From: an uncultured Bacilli bacterium
GTDB lineage: Bacteria; Bacillota_I; Bacilli_A; RF39; UBA660
Direction: 5' to 3'
Length of the DNA: 64,000 nucleotides
NCBI GenBank assembly: GCA_944355355.1
Contig: CALVQE010000001.1
Coordinates: 3,175 to 67,174 of the forward strand
The translations under genes and the position numbers were made by a program. The notes under the pieces were generated by a model. The model was not told the origin of the DNA and made no database searches. It saw nothing but the letters and a program-made list of their open reading frames with translations. This document shows, piece after piece, positions 38,601-47,675 of the stretch. Within the stretch, counting starts at the first letter, position 1; each line of letters begins with the position of its first letter.

Positions 38601-38832
38601 CTTTCAACAGTTGCCTCAAAACCTTATTTTTTCTTCTTAGGTTTGTATTTTCTCTTTTTAATCTTTGAAGTTCTTGAGGTTCTTCAAGTTTATCCATGAA
38701 AGTTTTGTATAAATCATCTTTGATAATGTTTTGCAATCGTTGCACTTCTAGTTCTAACGTATTATTTCGCTTTAATAACTCTTGCTTTGACCATTTAAAA
38801 CATTCTTTCCATTCAAGAATTTTTAGTTTCAT
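38578..38832 (-). CDS. hypothetical coiled-coil protein
   Basis: 84-aa ORF. Confidence 0.45.
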   Translation of the reverse strand: MKLKILEWKECFKWSKQELLKRNNTLELEVQRLQNIIKDDLYKTFMDKLEEPQELQRLKRENTNLRRKNKVLRQLLKDDHKNGG

Positions 38833-39229
38833 TTTTTCTGTTCCTTTTCAAATAATTTTTTAATTTGTAATATGGAGTTGTCCTATCCATGATAAGCTCT
38901 TCACTTATTTTGCTCCATGTCTTGCCCTCCATAAATCTTTTACGAATAATCAAACGAATTTCACTATCATCAATAGTATTTAAAAACTCTTCTGCCTTTT
39001 CAGCCTCAATAAGCAAACTTTCTTTTTTTTCGTTTAATTTTTCTTTTAACTTTACAAGTCTTAATGCAACATTTTCAGTAGGACTGGAGTTAGAATGCGA
39101 CTTAGAAACAGAAATATTAGAGTATGACAGTGAACCTATGGTAGTTATTTCTAAGTCAGAAATCATTTCTTCTAGTTGTATAATTTCTTTTTTCAAAGCA
39201 TAGTAATCAGCAAGTTCTGGAATAGTCAT
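38813..39229 (-). CDS. sigma-70 region-4-like HTH protein (DUF1492/ArpU-style late regulator candidate)
   Basis: 138 aa. The C-terminal RKRFMEGKTWSKISEELIMDRTTPYYKLKNYL looks like a sigma region 4 HTH. Confidence 0.45.
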   Translation of the reverse strand: MTIPELADYYALKKEIIQLEEMISDLEITTIGSLSYSNISVSKSHSNSSPTENVALRLVKLKEKLNEKKESLLIEAEKAEEFLNTIDDSEIRLIIRKRFMEGKTWSKISEELIMDRTTPYYKLKNYLKRNRKNETKNS

Positions 39230-39454
39230 CTAGTCCCCCTTTACTTTATTATAAGCATTTTTGAGATAGCTTATTGACTTGTCTTTTTCGCGAATAAGCT
39301 TATCTTTTTCGTTCAAGAGCGATTGATAATGTTCCACTTCTTTTCGATGAGAAAATCGCTCTTTTTTGATTGTATATCGTAAGTTTTCACAGTTACTTTT
39401 AGCTTCTGTATAAGCACTCTTAAGTTTTTCATATTGTTCTTCCAATTCCGTCAC
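39230..39454 (-). CDS. hypothetical coiled-coil protein
   Basis: 74-aa ORF. Confidence 0.45.
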   Translation of the reverse strand: MTELEEQYEKLKSAYTEAKSNCENLRYTIKKERFSHRKEVEHYQSLLNEKDKLIREKDKSISYLKNAYNKVKGD

Positions 39455-39473
39455 TTTATCGACCCCTTTCTAA

Positions 39474-40025
39474 CTAAATTTTTTTATTTAAAAATTGCAT
39501 TGCTTCTTCTTTACTAGGTGGATTTAAAATATGCTCAATACACTGTTTTTCGTACTCATTTGAAGTATGATCATGAACAATTAAAATCATTTTTTGATAA
39601 TAATTGTTAAATTCTTCATCACTCATCCAGTAGAATTTATTTTTATCGTTTTCTAAATCTCTGTTAAGGTATTTTTTTGCTTGCTTTAAGAGATAACGAA
39701 TGCTTGAACATCTCGAAAAATGTTGCTCGTATTCTTTTACGTCCTGAAATCTTCTTTTGCAAATATTACATGAAATCGGATAGCTTTTACGTTGTTCTTT
39801 TTCTTCGATAGTTGGAATATCTTTCACCAAATACGGCAAAGTTGGTGGTTGATATTGAAACTGTTCTAAAGCCATTAAAGACGTTAAACGATACTCAATT
39901 TCTTCGAAAGTATAGTGCTGTAATGTCTTATACCACGAGTTTGTTAGTACCTCATCATCTCTCACAAAACCTTTGTAGTTTTCATCAACTAAGTGCACTA
40001 AATCGTATACCTCAGTTTTTTTCAT
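39474..40025 (-). CDS. hypothetical replication-module protein with C2HC-type zinc-finger-like motif
   Basis: 183 aa with CNICKRRFQDVKEYEQHFSRC, following the replisome organiser. Confidence 0.45.
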   Translation of the reverse strand: MKKTEVYDLVHLVDENYKGFVRDDEVLTNSWYKTLQHYTFEEIEYRLTSLMALEQFQYQPPTLPYLVKDIPTIEEKEQRKSYPISCNICKRRFQDVKEYEQHFSRCSSIRYLLKQAKKYLNRDLENDKNKFYWMSDEEFNNYYQKMILIVHDHTSNEYEKQCIEHILNPPSKEEAMQFLNKKI

Positions 40026-40926
40026 TTGCTTCGTCCTCTCTCATAAATTTCTCACGAAGTCTATCTTGTTTTGACTGATAACTACTTTTCCCCGAGGACG
40101 CATTTTCTTTTTTCAACTGATATCTTCGGTCTCTTTCTTCTGCTTCGATAACAGTTGTAATCCCGTCTTTTTGGTAGCTCGATAAAATTCTCTGAATGTA
40201 TTTCACATTAAAAGCTCTAGCCAGCTCTGCTTGTTTAACTGCATACCTTGTCAGTTCATTATCTTCCCATAGTGAAATGATCTCATATTCACTTCCTGAC
40301 AAAGTTCTTCCAAAAACTTGCTCTATAAAACTAAATAAATCTAAATTACTTAATTCGCGTGCGTTAGTAGGAGTAGTAGATATTTCTTCTTGTTTATTTT
40401 CTTTGTTCTCTGTTCTTTGTTCTTTGTTCTCTGTTCTCTGTTTATCTTTCTCTTTCTTTTTCTCTTTATTGTCGTTACATTTTGTTACATCGCCGTTACA
40501 GTCTGTTACTTCAACGTTACACTCTGTTACATTTCCGTTACAATGTAACGCAATGCGTTGTTTTTCACGTAAACGATATTGTCGAACTCTTTCAGCTGAC
40601 TCACTTTCTTTACCAGTCATTTCAGCAACTTGAGTCATATAAATTGTTCCGTCATCGAGTATTTCAAGAAGCCCTAAGCTCTCAAACAAATTAGTAGCAT
40701 TTCTTACGATATCTACGTTTGTATCTGTAATAGAAGCTAGCATTTCTGCATTGTAAGGAACCAGATCACTAAATCTTAAATGACCTACTGTTTCTACACT
40801 TTCCAAAAGTAATGATAAATAAAATATAATGTAATCTTTACCGTTTGGCATATTTTTAATAACTTTTATTTGCGAACTTTTCAAAAAATCTTTATCTAGT
40901 TTTAGCCAGTATCTCTTTTTTTCCAT
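40012..40926 (-). CDS. phage replisome organiser / DnaD-domain protein
   Basis: The N-terminus MEKKRYWLKLDKDFLKSSQIKVI...GKDYIIFYL is typical of Phage_rep_org_N. The C-terminal segment is DnaD-like, and the middle is encoded by repeats. Confidence 0.7.
   Translation of the reverse strand: MEKKRYWLKLDKDFLKSSQIKVIKNMPNGKDYIIFYLSLLLESVETVGHLRFSDLVPYNAEMLASITDTNVDIVRNATNLFESLGLLEILDDGTIYMTQVAEMTGKESESAERVRQYRLREKQRIALHCNGNVTECNVEVTDCNGDVTKCNDNKEKKKEKDKQRTENKEQRTENKENKQEEISTTPTNARELSNLDLFSFIEQVFGRTLSGSEYEIISLWEDNELTRYAVKQAELARAFNVKYIQRILSSYQKDGITTVIEAEERDRRYQLKKENASSGKSSYQSKQDRLREKFMREDEANEKN
40474..40549. repeat. iteron-like array, putative phage replication origin
   Basis: GTTAC(A) repeated 7 times at alternating 10 and 11 nt spacing, ending in the palindrome GTTACAATGTAAC. 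It is preceded by GTTCT(C/T)T repeats at 40398-40440. Confidence 0.5.
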
Positions 40927-41077
40927 AGTTTTACTTCTTTCTAAGTTCTTCTAACATGAATTTAATCATTAAGGCAATAATGTAAATTCCAAGTAATCCT
41001 AGAACTATAGAAATAAAAATTGATAAAACTGTTAAAATCATAAAACTCTTCCTTTCTTTCTAACCCCCTAACCATTT

Positions 41078-41353
41078 TTATTTTTTTTGAAAGTTTATAA
41101 TTTTTTTGCTTTCTTGATCATATCTAAAATAACTTTCAACATTAAATCTATCTCTAACCATAATCGTAGTTGCGTCAATCAAATAAACGTCAAATACGTC
41201 TAAATTTAGCTCTTTCTTTAGATATTGTAAGACATAAAATTGTGCTATTGTATCAACACCATTACGTCTTTTATCTTCTACTGTCATTGCTTCGATTGGT
41301 TTATTAATATTTTTTTCTTCTATGACATACATTTCAATTTGCATTCTTTTCAC
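41078..41353 (-). CDS. hypothetical phage early protein
   Basis: 91-aa ORF. Confidence 0.45.
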   Translation of the reverse strand: MKRMQIEMYVIEEKNINKPIEAMTVEDKRRNGVDTIAQFYVLQYLKKELNLDVFDVYLIDATTIMVRDRFNVESYFRYDQESKKIINFQKK

Positions 41354-41356
41354 CTC

Positions 41357-41548
41357 CTAATCTGCATTTATATCACCACTGCATACCTGCAATCCATATG
41401 GGAAGCCTTTACAGGTATTTCCGTTTGATTTTGTATACTCAGTGCCGAACATAACTCCGATAAAGCTGTAAGCAAAATATATAATTAAAAATACTATAAC
41501 TAAAATTTCCCATTTAAATCTTTTTCTTTTAATTATTCGTGTTTTCAT
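41357..41548 (-). CDS. small membrane protein
   Basis: 63 aa with one TM helix. Confidence 0.45.
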   Translation of the reverse strand: MKTRIIKRKRFKWEILVIVFLIIYFAYSFIGVMFGTEYTKSNGNTCKGFPYGLQVCSGDINAD

Positions 41549-41741
41549 TACTGCTCACCTCTTGAACATCCTTAATACCTAAATATTGATAAAACAAGTC
41601 AGGATAAATAAGGTAATTCCATCTTTCTTTAACCTTAACAGCAGTACCGAATGGCAATCTGCCGGTTTGCAATCCGACTCTTATAAATTGTGGTGATTTA
41701 TGTATCAATTTTGATGCTTCTTTAATTGTTATTTTTTTCAT
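41529..41741 (-). CDS. small HTH DNA-binding protein (excisionase/regulator-like)
   Basis: 70 aa with MKKITIKEASKLIHKSPQFIRVGLQTGRLPFG. Confidence 0.5.
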   Translation of the reverse strand: MKKITIKEASKLIHKSPQFIRVGLQTGRLPFGTAVKVKERWNYLIYPDLFYQYLGIKDVQEVSSNENTNN

Positions 41742-41794
41742 AAAAAATCCTTTCTTATATTTGTTTTTGTTTTTTTAGTTTTGCGGACTAAAAT

Positions 41795-42049
41795 TCATTT
41801 AACTACTTTATTAGGTTCTGAAATATGAGTATTCTCATATATTGCCTTAAAAAAATAAAACAAGTCAATTCCATAGCCGAAAGTTAATATTTTTTCTAAA
41901 ATACAAACTTTAATTTTAACTTTGTTATTTTCATATTCAGACAAAGTTTGAGCATATATACCAGTTTTATCTTGCAATTCTTTTAAACTCATATTATGTC
42001 TATTTCTGATAGCTCGTAATTCATTACCAATTAAGGCTGAATAATTCAA
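41795..42049 (-). CDS. Cro-like XRE-family HTH repressor
   Basis: HTH segment IGNELRAIRNRHNMSLKELQDKTGIYAQTLSEYE. I prefer the TTG start at 42049, behind the SD GAGGAGGTGA. The ORF-track start is 42127. Confidence 0.65.
   Translation of the reverse strand: MNYSALIGNELRAIRNRHNMSLKELQDKTGIYAQTLSEYENNKVKIKVCILEKILTFGYGIDLFYFFKAIYENTHISEPNKVVK
41823..41840. promoter_or_regulatory. operator copy O3
   Basis: ATATGAGTATTCTCATAT (inverted ATATGAG half-sites), identical to 42082-42099. Confidence 0.5.
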
Positions 42050-42081
42050 TATCTTCACCTCCTCTATTACAGCCTCATTAT

Positions 42082-42127
42082 ATATGAGTATTCTCATATT
42101 GTCAATACAAAATATGAGTATTTTCAT
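42082..42127. promoter_or_regulatory. operators O1 and O2 in the cI/cro intergenic region
   Basis: ATATGAGTATTCTCATAT at 42082-42099 and the imperfect ATATGAGTATTTTCAT at 42112-42127. Confidence 0.55.
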
Positions 42128-42134
42128 TTTTTTG

Positions 42135-42163
42135 TTGTAAAATTTCGTTAAAAACGTTATAAT
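42135..42163 (+). promoter_or_regulatory. putative cI promoter
   Basis: TTGTAA, a 17-nt spacer, then TATAAT, followed by the RBS AGAGGGG and the ATG at 42186. Confidence 0.5.
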
Positions 42164-42185
42164 ATATCATGAAAGAGGGGATTGA

Positions 42186-42851
42186 ATGAGTTACTTCAAT
42201 AATAATCTTCCATATATCAGAAAACAAAAAGGGATCTCTCAAAAAGAATTAGCTAAAAAAATTGGCGTTGATCAATCTACAATCTCACTATGGGAAAAAG
42301 GAATGGATACGACAGTTGAAAATGTAATAAAAGTAGCGGAAGCACTCGATGTTCCCGTTCCCGACTTCATAGGCTCAGATTTAAGATTTGATAATGCCGA
42401 ATTAATCGACTTAAATGTAGAGAGAGTGAAAGTGCCAGTTTTAGGAGTGATAAAAGCAGGTACACCAATTGAAGCACAAGAAGATATTTTAGATTATGTA
42501 GAAATACCAAAAGAATGGATAAGGCAAAGTAAAAAATATTATGGTTTAAAAATTAGTGGTAATAGCATGAGCCCGAAGTATATGCCAAATGATACCGTTA
42601 TTTTTGAAGAAACAAATGATTTTCAATATGCCAATAATAAAGATTGCTGCGTGATGGTAAATGGTGACGATGCAACTTTCAAGGTTCTTAAATTAAAAGA
42701 AGACGGTATTAGATTAATACCACTAAATATTGAAAATGATGATGGATATCTTCCTACGTCATATACTAAAGAAGAAATAATAAACTTGCCAGTCAAAGTA
42801 ATTGGTATCGCTAGAGTAAAAATTTCCAGCATAAGTTATATGGAAGAATAA
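42186..42851 (+). CDS. CI/LexA-like repressor (XRE HTH plus S24 peptidase)
   Basis: N-terminal HTH (KGISQKELAKKIGVDQSTISLWE) and a C-terminal S24 domain with the GNSMSP serine motif and a downstream Lys. Confidence 0.85.
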   Translation: MSYFNNNLPYIRKQKGISQKELAKKIGVDQSTISLWEKGMDTTVENVIKVAEALDVPVPDFIGSDLRFDNAELIDLNVERVKVPVLGVIKAGTPIEAQEDILDYVEIPKEWIRQSKKYYGLKISGNSMSPKYMPNDTVIFEETNDFQYANNKDCCVMVNGDDATFKVLKLKEDGIRLIPLNIENDDGYLPTSYTKEEIINLPVKVIGIARVKISSISYMEE

Positions 42852-43008
42852 AAAAAGACCTACTGCTCGAACAGTAAGTCGTGAATGAAAAATCACTTTT
42901 AGTCCGCAAAACTAAAAAACAAAATATAAGATATAATGTTATGGATTTTTCTATTTCATTATATCAAAAGCAAAAGAAAAACACAAGAAAATAGGAGGAT
43001 TTTGATAT

Positions 43009-44087
43009 ATGAAATACAATCTACATTTAGGTGGTGATGTCCTATAAAACTACCTAATAAATATGGAATAATCGAAAAATTATCAGGAAATAGAAGAAAC
43101 CCTTATAGAGTCAGAAAAACTATCGGATGGGATGAAAACGGAGTACAAAAGAGGCAAACTATTGGATATTTTGAAACAAGACAGCAAGCCTTACAAGCAT
43201 TAGCATTATTTAATGAAAATCCTTATAACATTGATGCTAAAAAAATAACCGTCAAGGAACTTCATCAAAAATGGCAAGATGAAAAATATCCTAAAATTTC
43301 TAAAAAAACACATCAAGTATACAATATGTGTTGGAATTATTGTCAAGATATAAAAGATATACCGTTTGTCGATGTTAGACTAACTCATTTGCAAGCAATA
43401 GTTGATAGCATGGGTGATAAATGGAGTGCAAAAAAAGCATTTAAAATTATGTGGCATCAAATGTACGATTATGCAATTAAACATGATATAGATGTTAAAA
43501 AATATTCAGAATACATCGACATAGGCAAAAAAACGACCAAATTAGTACGAATACCATTTGAGGAAGAAGAAATAGACAAGTTATGGGAAAATATCGACAG
43601 AATGGATTTTATTGATACTATATTGATACTTATTTACACAGGCTTAAGAATAAGCGAATTATTAGACATTAAAATTGAAAATGTTCATATTGATAAAGAA
43701 TATATGATCGGTGGATTAAAAACAGAAGCAGGAATAGATAGAGTAATACCACTTCATAAAAGAATAATACCACTTATACAAAGATACTATGATAAAGCTG
43801 TTAAAAACGGATGCGAATACTTAATAGTCAATTCTTTAGGAAAACAAATGAAATACTCTAATTATAGAAGAGAAAAATGGGATATTATGATGGAACAATT
43901 AGAATTTTCAAAAGACCACAAGCCCCATGATACAAGACATACTTTTGCAACTCGTATGGATAGAACACCTGCAAATAAATTATGTATAAAAAGAATAATG
44001 GGACACGCTAGTACAGACATTACTGATAAGGTTTATACCCATAAAGATATAAAAGAACTTATAGAAGCTGTAAATTATCTGAAATAA
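43009..44087 (+). CDS. int: phage tyrosine integrase with apparent 5' frameshift or unconventional start
   Basis: Catalytic domain with GLRISELL, HDTRHTFAT and GHASTDITDKVYTH. The arm-binding-type N-terminus KLPNKYGIIEKLSGNRRNPYRVRKTIGWDENG is open from 43038 but has no ATG/GTG/TTG. The well-placed ATG at 43009 is in another frame and stops at 43045-43047. Confidence 0.8.
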
Positions 44088-44111
44088 GTTCTTTTTTATT
44101 GTTCTAATTTT

Positions 44112-44142
44112 GTGGGTTACTTGTGGGTTACTTGTAGGTTAC
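44112..44142 (+). promoter_or_regulatory. putative integrase arm-type sites (right arm)
   Basis: GTGGGTTACTT GTGGGTTACTT GTAGGTTAC, three direct copies between int and attR. Confidence 0.5.
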
Positions 44143-44184
44143 GAACCAATTTTAATGGAGTTTAGACATATTCTTAAGCAAAAG

Positions 44185-44249
44185 AAAACCCCATAAACAC
44201 TGAGTTTATGGGGTATAAAAGAAAACACTAGGTTAACGTTTACTAAATT
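44185..44249. repeat. prophage attR overlapping the rpsI 3' end
   Basis: Imperfect direct repeat of 12854-12917. The 17-nt block covers the rpsI codons QFSKR and the stop. Confidence 0.75.
44189..44213 (-). terminator. rpsI terminator
   Basis: CCCCATAAAC-5 nt-GTTTATGGGG perfect 10-bp stem, followed on the minus strand by TTTTC. Confidence 0.7.
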
Positions 44250-44649
44250 GAGGAGCACGACGAGCCTTTTTAAGACCATATTTCTTACGTTCTTTAACTC
44301 GAGGATCTCTTGTAATCATTCCAGCAGGTTTTAAAATTTTACGATAAGCTGTATCAGCAGTTTGATCAGTATTAGCATCAAACTTTAATAAAGCTCTAGT
44401 AATACCTAAACGAATTGCACCGGCTTGACCAGCATATCCACCACCTTTAACTGTAACTTGAATATCAAAACGATTTTCATTATTTGTTAAAGTTAAAGGT
44501 TGCTTTAAGTCTAATACTAAGATCTTATCTGGCATATATTCATTAACATCTACACCATTAATAATAATACTACCTGTTCCACTTGTAAGAGTAACTTGAG
44601 CAACAGCTCTTTTTCTTCTACCAGTAGCACTCCAACTTTGTTTTGCCAT
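44233..44649 (-). CDS. rpsI: 30S ribosomal protein S9
   Basis: 138 aa ending in the universal RRAPQFSKR. Confidence 0.97.
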   Translation of the reverse strand: MAKQSWSATGRRKRAVAQVTLTSGTGSIIINGVDVNEYMPDKILVLDLKQPLTLTNNENRFDIQVTVKGGGYAGQAGAIRLGITRALLKFDANTDQTADTAYRKILKPAGMITRDPRVKERKKYGLKKARRAPQFSKR

Positions 44650-44660
44650 AAATTATCCTC

Positions 44661-45092
44661 CTAATCTACTTTCATTTCTACAGGTTTTTGAGCCATATGT
44701 TTGTGATTTTCATCACGATAAACAAATAACTTCTTACCCATTTGTCTGCCTAATGGACCATGAGGAAGCATACCTTTAACAGCTCTTTCCATCATTTCCT
44801 CAGGATAATTTTGAATCATTTCCTTAGCATTACGTTCTCTAAGTCCTCCTGGATAACCAGAATGGTTATAATACATCTTATCTTCTAACTTATTACCAGT
44901 TAATTTAACTTTAGATGCATTAACAATGATAACATAATCTCCACAATCAACACTTGGTGTATAAGTAGGTTTATGTTTACCTCTCAAAATAGTAGCAGCT
45001 TTTGTTGCAACACGACCTAAGCTTTTTCCAGTTGCATCAATAACATACCATTTACGTTCTACATTTTCTTTCTTTTGTAAAAATGTACTCAT
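44661..45092 (-). CDS. rplM: 50S ribosomal protein L13
   Basis: [27 protein letters not shown]... matches the L13 N-terminus. The ORF-track extension to 45209 is rejected. Confidence 0.95.
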   Translation of the reverse strand: MSTFLQKKENVERKWYVIDATGKSLGRVATKAATILRGKHKPTYTPSVDCGDYVIIVNASKVKLTGNKLEDKMYYNHSGYPGGLRERNAKEMIQNYPEEMMERAVKGMLPHGPLGRQMGKKLFVYRDENHKHMAQKPVEMKVD

Positions 45093-45223
45093 ATTATCTA
45101 TCCTTTCATCTAATCTTTCCTGAATCTGCTTTCCCAAGGCAAACTCCACCCAGATAAACAAAATGTACCGATTAAAATTATATGCGATAAAACCATTAAT
45201 GTCAAACAAAATCGCGAAAAAAC

Positions 45224-45952
45224 TTATACTTTGTCGTAGGATACAGAAGTAAGATATAAACCATTAGCCGGAACAGTGGAAAAACCTCTAGCACTTAAGC
45301 AATTTAAAGCGTCTCTAACATCATCTAAATTAGCTTTATGAGAAGCCACATCTAAAACAGCACCTACCAACTTCCGAACCATATATCGATAAAAACTTTT
45401 GCCAACTATCTCAAAATAATAAAAGTCATCTTTTTTTAAAATTTGAAAGGAAAAAATTTCTGAATGATAATCATCCCTCTCTCCGGCTACAAAATTACGA
45501 AAATCATGAACTCCTACAAACAACTTGCAACACGCATTTGCAAGATCCAAATCAAAATCTTGATAATATGCAAAACTATATAAAGAGTAAAAAGGATTTT
45601 TTTCTCCCAAATAAATCTTATAAACATACTTTTTACACACAACATCATGACGTGCATGAAATTCACTTGACACAGAAACAATATTTTTCACTGCAATAAA
45701 AGGATTAAGCAAACGATTCATTGCATACTTTAATTTTTTCATATCAATATCAACAGAAAGAGAAAAGTGAATACATTGATCAAGCGCATGTACCCCAGCA
45801 TCAGTTCGACCAGCACCTTTAACCACAACTTCTTTTCCTTCAATAAGACTTAAAACTCGTTCCAACTCATTTTGGACCCCTAACCCATTATTAAGCCTTT
45901 GAAAGCCTTGAAACTTACTCCCATCATAACAAATTCTTGCTAAATATTTCAT
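45224..45952 (-). CDS. truA: tRNA pseudouridine(38-40) synthase
   Basis: [10 protein letters not shown] and [11 protein letters not shown] motifs, in the conserved position upstream of rplM. Confidence 0.9.
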   Translation of the reverse strand: MKYLARICYDGSKFQGFQRLNNGLGVQNELERVLSLIEGKEVVVKGAGRTDAGVHALDQCIHFSLSVDIDMKKLKYAMNRLLNPFIAVKNIVSVSSEFHARHDVVCKKYVYKIYLGEKNPFYSLYSFAYYQDFDLDLANACCKLFVGVHDFRNFVAGERDDYHSEIFSFQILKKDDFYYFEIVGKSFYRYMVRKLVGAVLDVASHKANLDDVRDALNCLSARGFSTVPANGLYLTSVSYDKV

Positions 45953-46593
45953 GATACACTCCTATAAATAGCCTTTAAAGTTTCCGCAAAAGTAATTTCA
46001 TGATCAACCTGATGACCACACTTTTCAAAATACTTTATCACTTCAACCGTATGAGGCATCTTAACATATTTATAAATTTCATCATCATAAAAATCGGTTA
46101 TTAACTTATACTTTCCCTTAGTTGTAAACAAATAAAAACGTTGTACTGTTTCACAAACAAAATTCATATCATTTTCAATTAAAATAATAGATATATGTTG
46201 TTTATACATCAAATTACGAAAAAACCGCTTAAAATATTCTCGTTCAACATAAATTAAATCTTCAAAAAAATACTCTAGCACAATAACCCGTGATTGAACA
46301 AGAAGTGCATGAGCAAGCTGGACCTTTTTAATCTCACTACTCGTTAAATACTCTAAAGATACTGTAAGTAAACTTGTCTTTAATTTAACCAATTGCAAAC
46401 ACTTACTAATTCGTTCTTCACTACATAAAGTCATTCTTTTTAAATACTCTAAAACAGTAGTCCTTTCTTTCATTTTCTTTTCTAAAACATATCCGGAATG
46501 ACTATTTGTTCCAACCCCACGAATTTTAGAAGGAAAATTAACCAAAACAGAAAAACCATTATCACTTACAAACTGACTCATTTTGATTGCCAT
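45949..46593 (-). CDS. degenerate EcfA-like ABC ATPase homologue (no intact Walker A)
   Basis: Signature-like LTSSEIKKVQLAHALL and a Walker B position reading VLEYFFEDL. The C-terminus is EcfA-like. It sits where the ecfA genes normally lie. Confidence 0.5.
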   Translation of the reverse strand: MAIKMSQFVSDNGFSVLVNFPSKIRGVGTNSHSGYVLEKKMKERTTVLEYLKRMTLCSEERISKCLQLVKLKTSLLTVSLEYLTSSEIKKVQLAHALLVQSRVIVLEYFFEDLIYVEREYFKRFFRNLMYKQHISIILIENDMNFVCETVQRFYLFTTKGKYKLITDFYDDEIYKYVKMPHTVEVIKYFEKCGHQVDHEITFAETLKAIYRSVS

Positions 46594-47255
46594 AAAGCCA
46601 CCTCTAAATCTTCTTTATTTAAATAAATCTTCGAAACCAAACCATAATAACCTAACTGCTTGGATAAATTTACATAAAAAGGCAAAGAAAAACCTAACAA
46701 CTTCATTAACTTTTCCTCTTTCAAAACTAAATCCATTCTCCCCTCAATGGCAACTTGATTATTCTTAAGTACAATTAAATAAGAAAAGAAAACACTTTCC
46801 TCAATTTGATTTGTAACATAAAAAAGACAAATATTTTGCTCTTTCAAAAATTGAAGAAAAAGCCAAAAATCGCTTTCATTCAAATGCAGTTGTTCACAAA
46901 AAAAATAATCAGGATGATCAAGTAATTTACGCACAATTGCCAATTTATTACCTATAGCAAAAGGATTTGCTAAAAATGAATCTAAAAATCTTTGATATTC
47001 TAAAGACAACTGAGAATAACCAAAAGCATCCCTCCAGTTATCCACTTTCTTACTTTCTCCGAAATAAAAACGAACTACACTATTTGTATCATAAACTGAA
47101 GAGTCAGAAACCAACTTTTTTAATAATAATGATTTACCTGAACCACTTTCTCCTAGTAAACAAGTACTTTGCTGTAAATCTAGATCAAAAGAAGAAATCA
47201 TCACTTTATCATCAAGTTTTAAATTAAATTGTCTAATCTTAAAATACTTATCCAT
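46578..47255 (-). CDS. degenerate EcfA-like ABC ATPase homologue
   Basis: Walker A GESGSGKS is present, but the signature and Walker B are degenerate (DYFFCEQ). Confidence 0.5.
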   Translation of the reverse strand: MDKYFKIRQFNLKLDDKVMISSFDLDLQQSTCLLGESGSGKSLLLKKLVSDSSVYDTNSVVRFYFGESKKVDNWRDAFGYSQLSLEYQRFLDSFLANPFAIGNKLAIVRKLLDHPDYFFCEQLHLNESDFWLFLQFLKEQNICLFYVTNQIEESVFFSYLIVLKNNQVAIEGRMDLVLKEEKLMKLLGFSLPFYVNLSKQLGYYGLVSKIYLNKEDLEVALWQSK

Positions 47256-47345
47256 AACTATCCCTACTTAATAGTTTAAAAGAAAAGACGAAAAAAGAAA
47301 AGAAAAAAATGAAAAAAGAACAATGAAAACCATTATTCTTAAATC

Positions 47346-47645
47346 CTAATCATCCGTTGGAATCTTAATAATAAATTCCCCTGGTAAAGAATACATATAC
47401 TTTTCTCTTGCATAACGCGCAATATAATCTTCATCATGAAGTTTAGTTACTTCACTAGTCAAACTAGCCTCTTCCTCAAGTAACTCATCATAGTAACTAG
47501 TCAAACTAGCAATCTGCTGCTTATTACTCATAATTTCAAGCCAATCCTTAAAAATCGAAGCAACAGATAAGGAAACTACACCCACAAAAAAGACAGACAA
47601 AACTAAAAATCTTTTTTTGGCTTTAGATGATTTTTTCTTATTCAC
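47346..47645 (-). CDS. divIC: septum formation initiator (DivIC/FtsB family)
   Basis: 99 aa with an N-terminal TM helix plus coiled coil, downstream of yabP-yabQ as in Bacillus. Confidence 0.65.
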   Translation of the reverse strand: MNKKKSSKAKKRFLVLSVFFVGVVSLSVASIFKDWLEIMSNKQQIASLTSYYDELLEEEASLTSEVTKLHDEDYIARYAREKYMYSLPGEFIIKIPTDD

Positions 47646-47675
47646 TAGTCACCCCATCCTTCACAGAAAATTATA

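Noticed and set aside
40196-40694. Plus-strand ORFs 40196-40633 and 40482-40694 antisense to the replisome-organiser gene
   Set aside because: They are driven by the repeat arrays. The minus-strand ORF has the recognisable Phage_rep_org_N and DnaD features.
45093-45209. N-terminal 39-aa extension of rplM in the ORF track
   Set aside because: L13 homologues start at the MSTF…ERKWY region, and the extension is hydrophobic nonsense. The 130 nt upstream may instead be a leader, but I could not support a specific structure.
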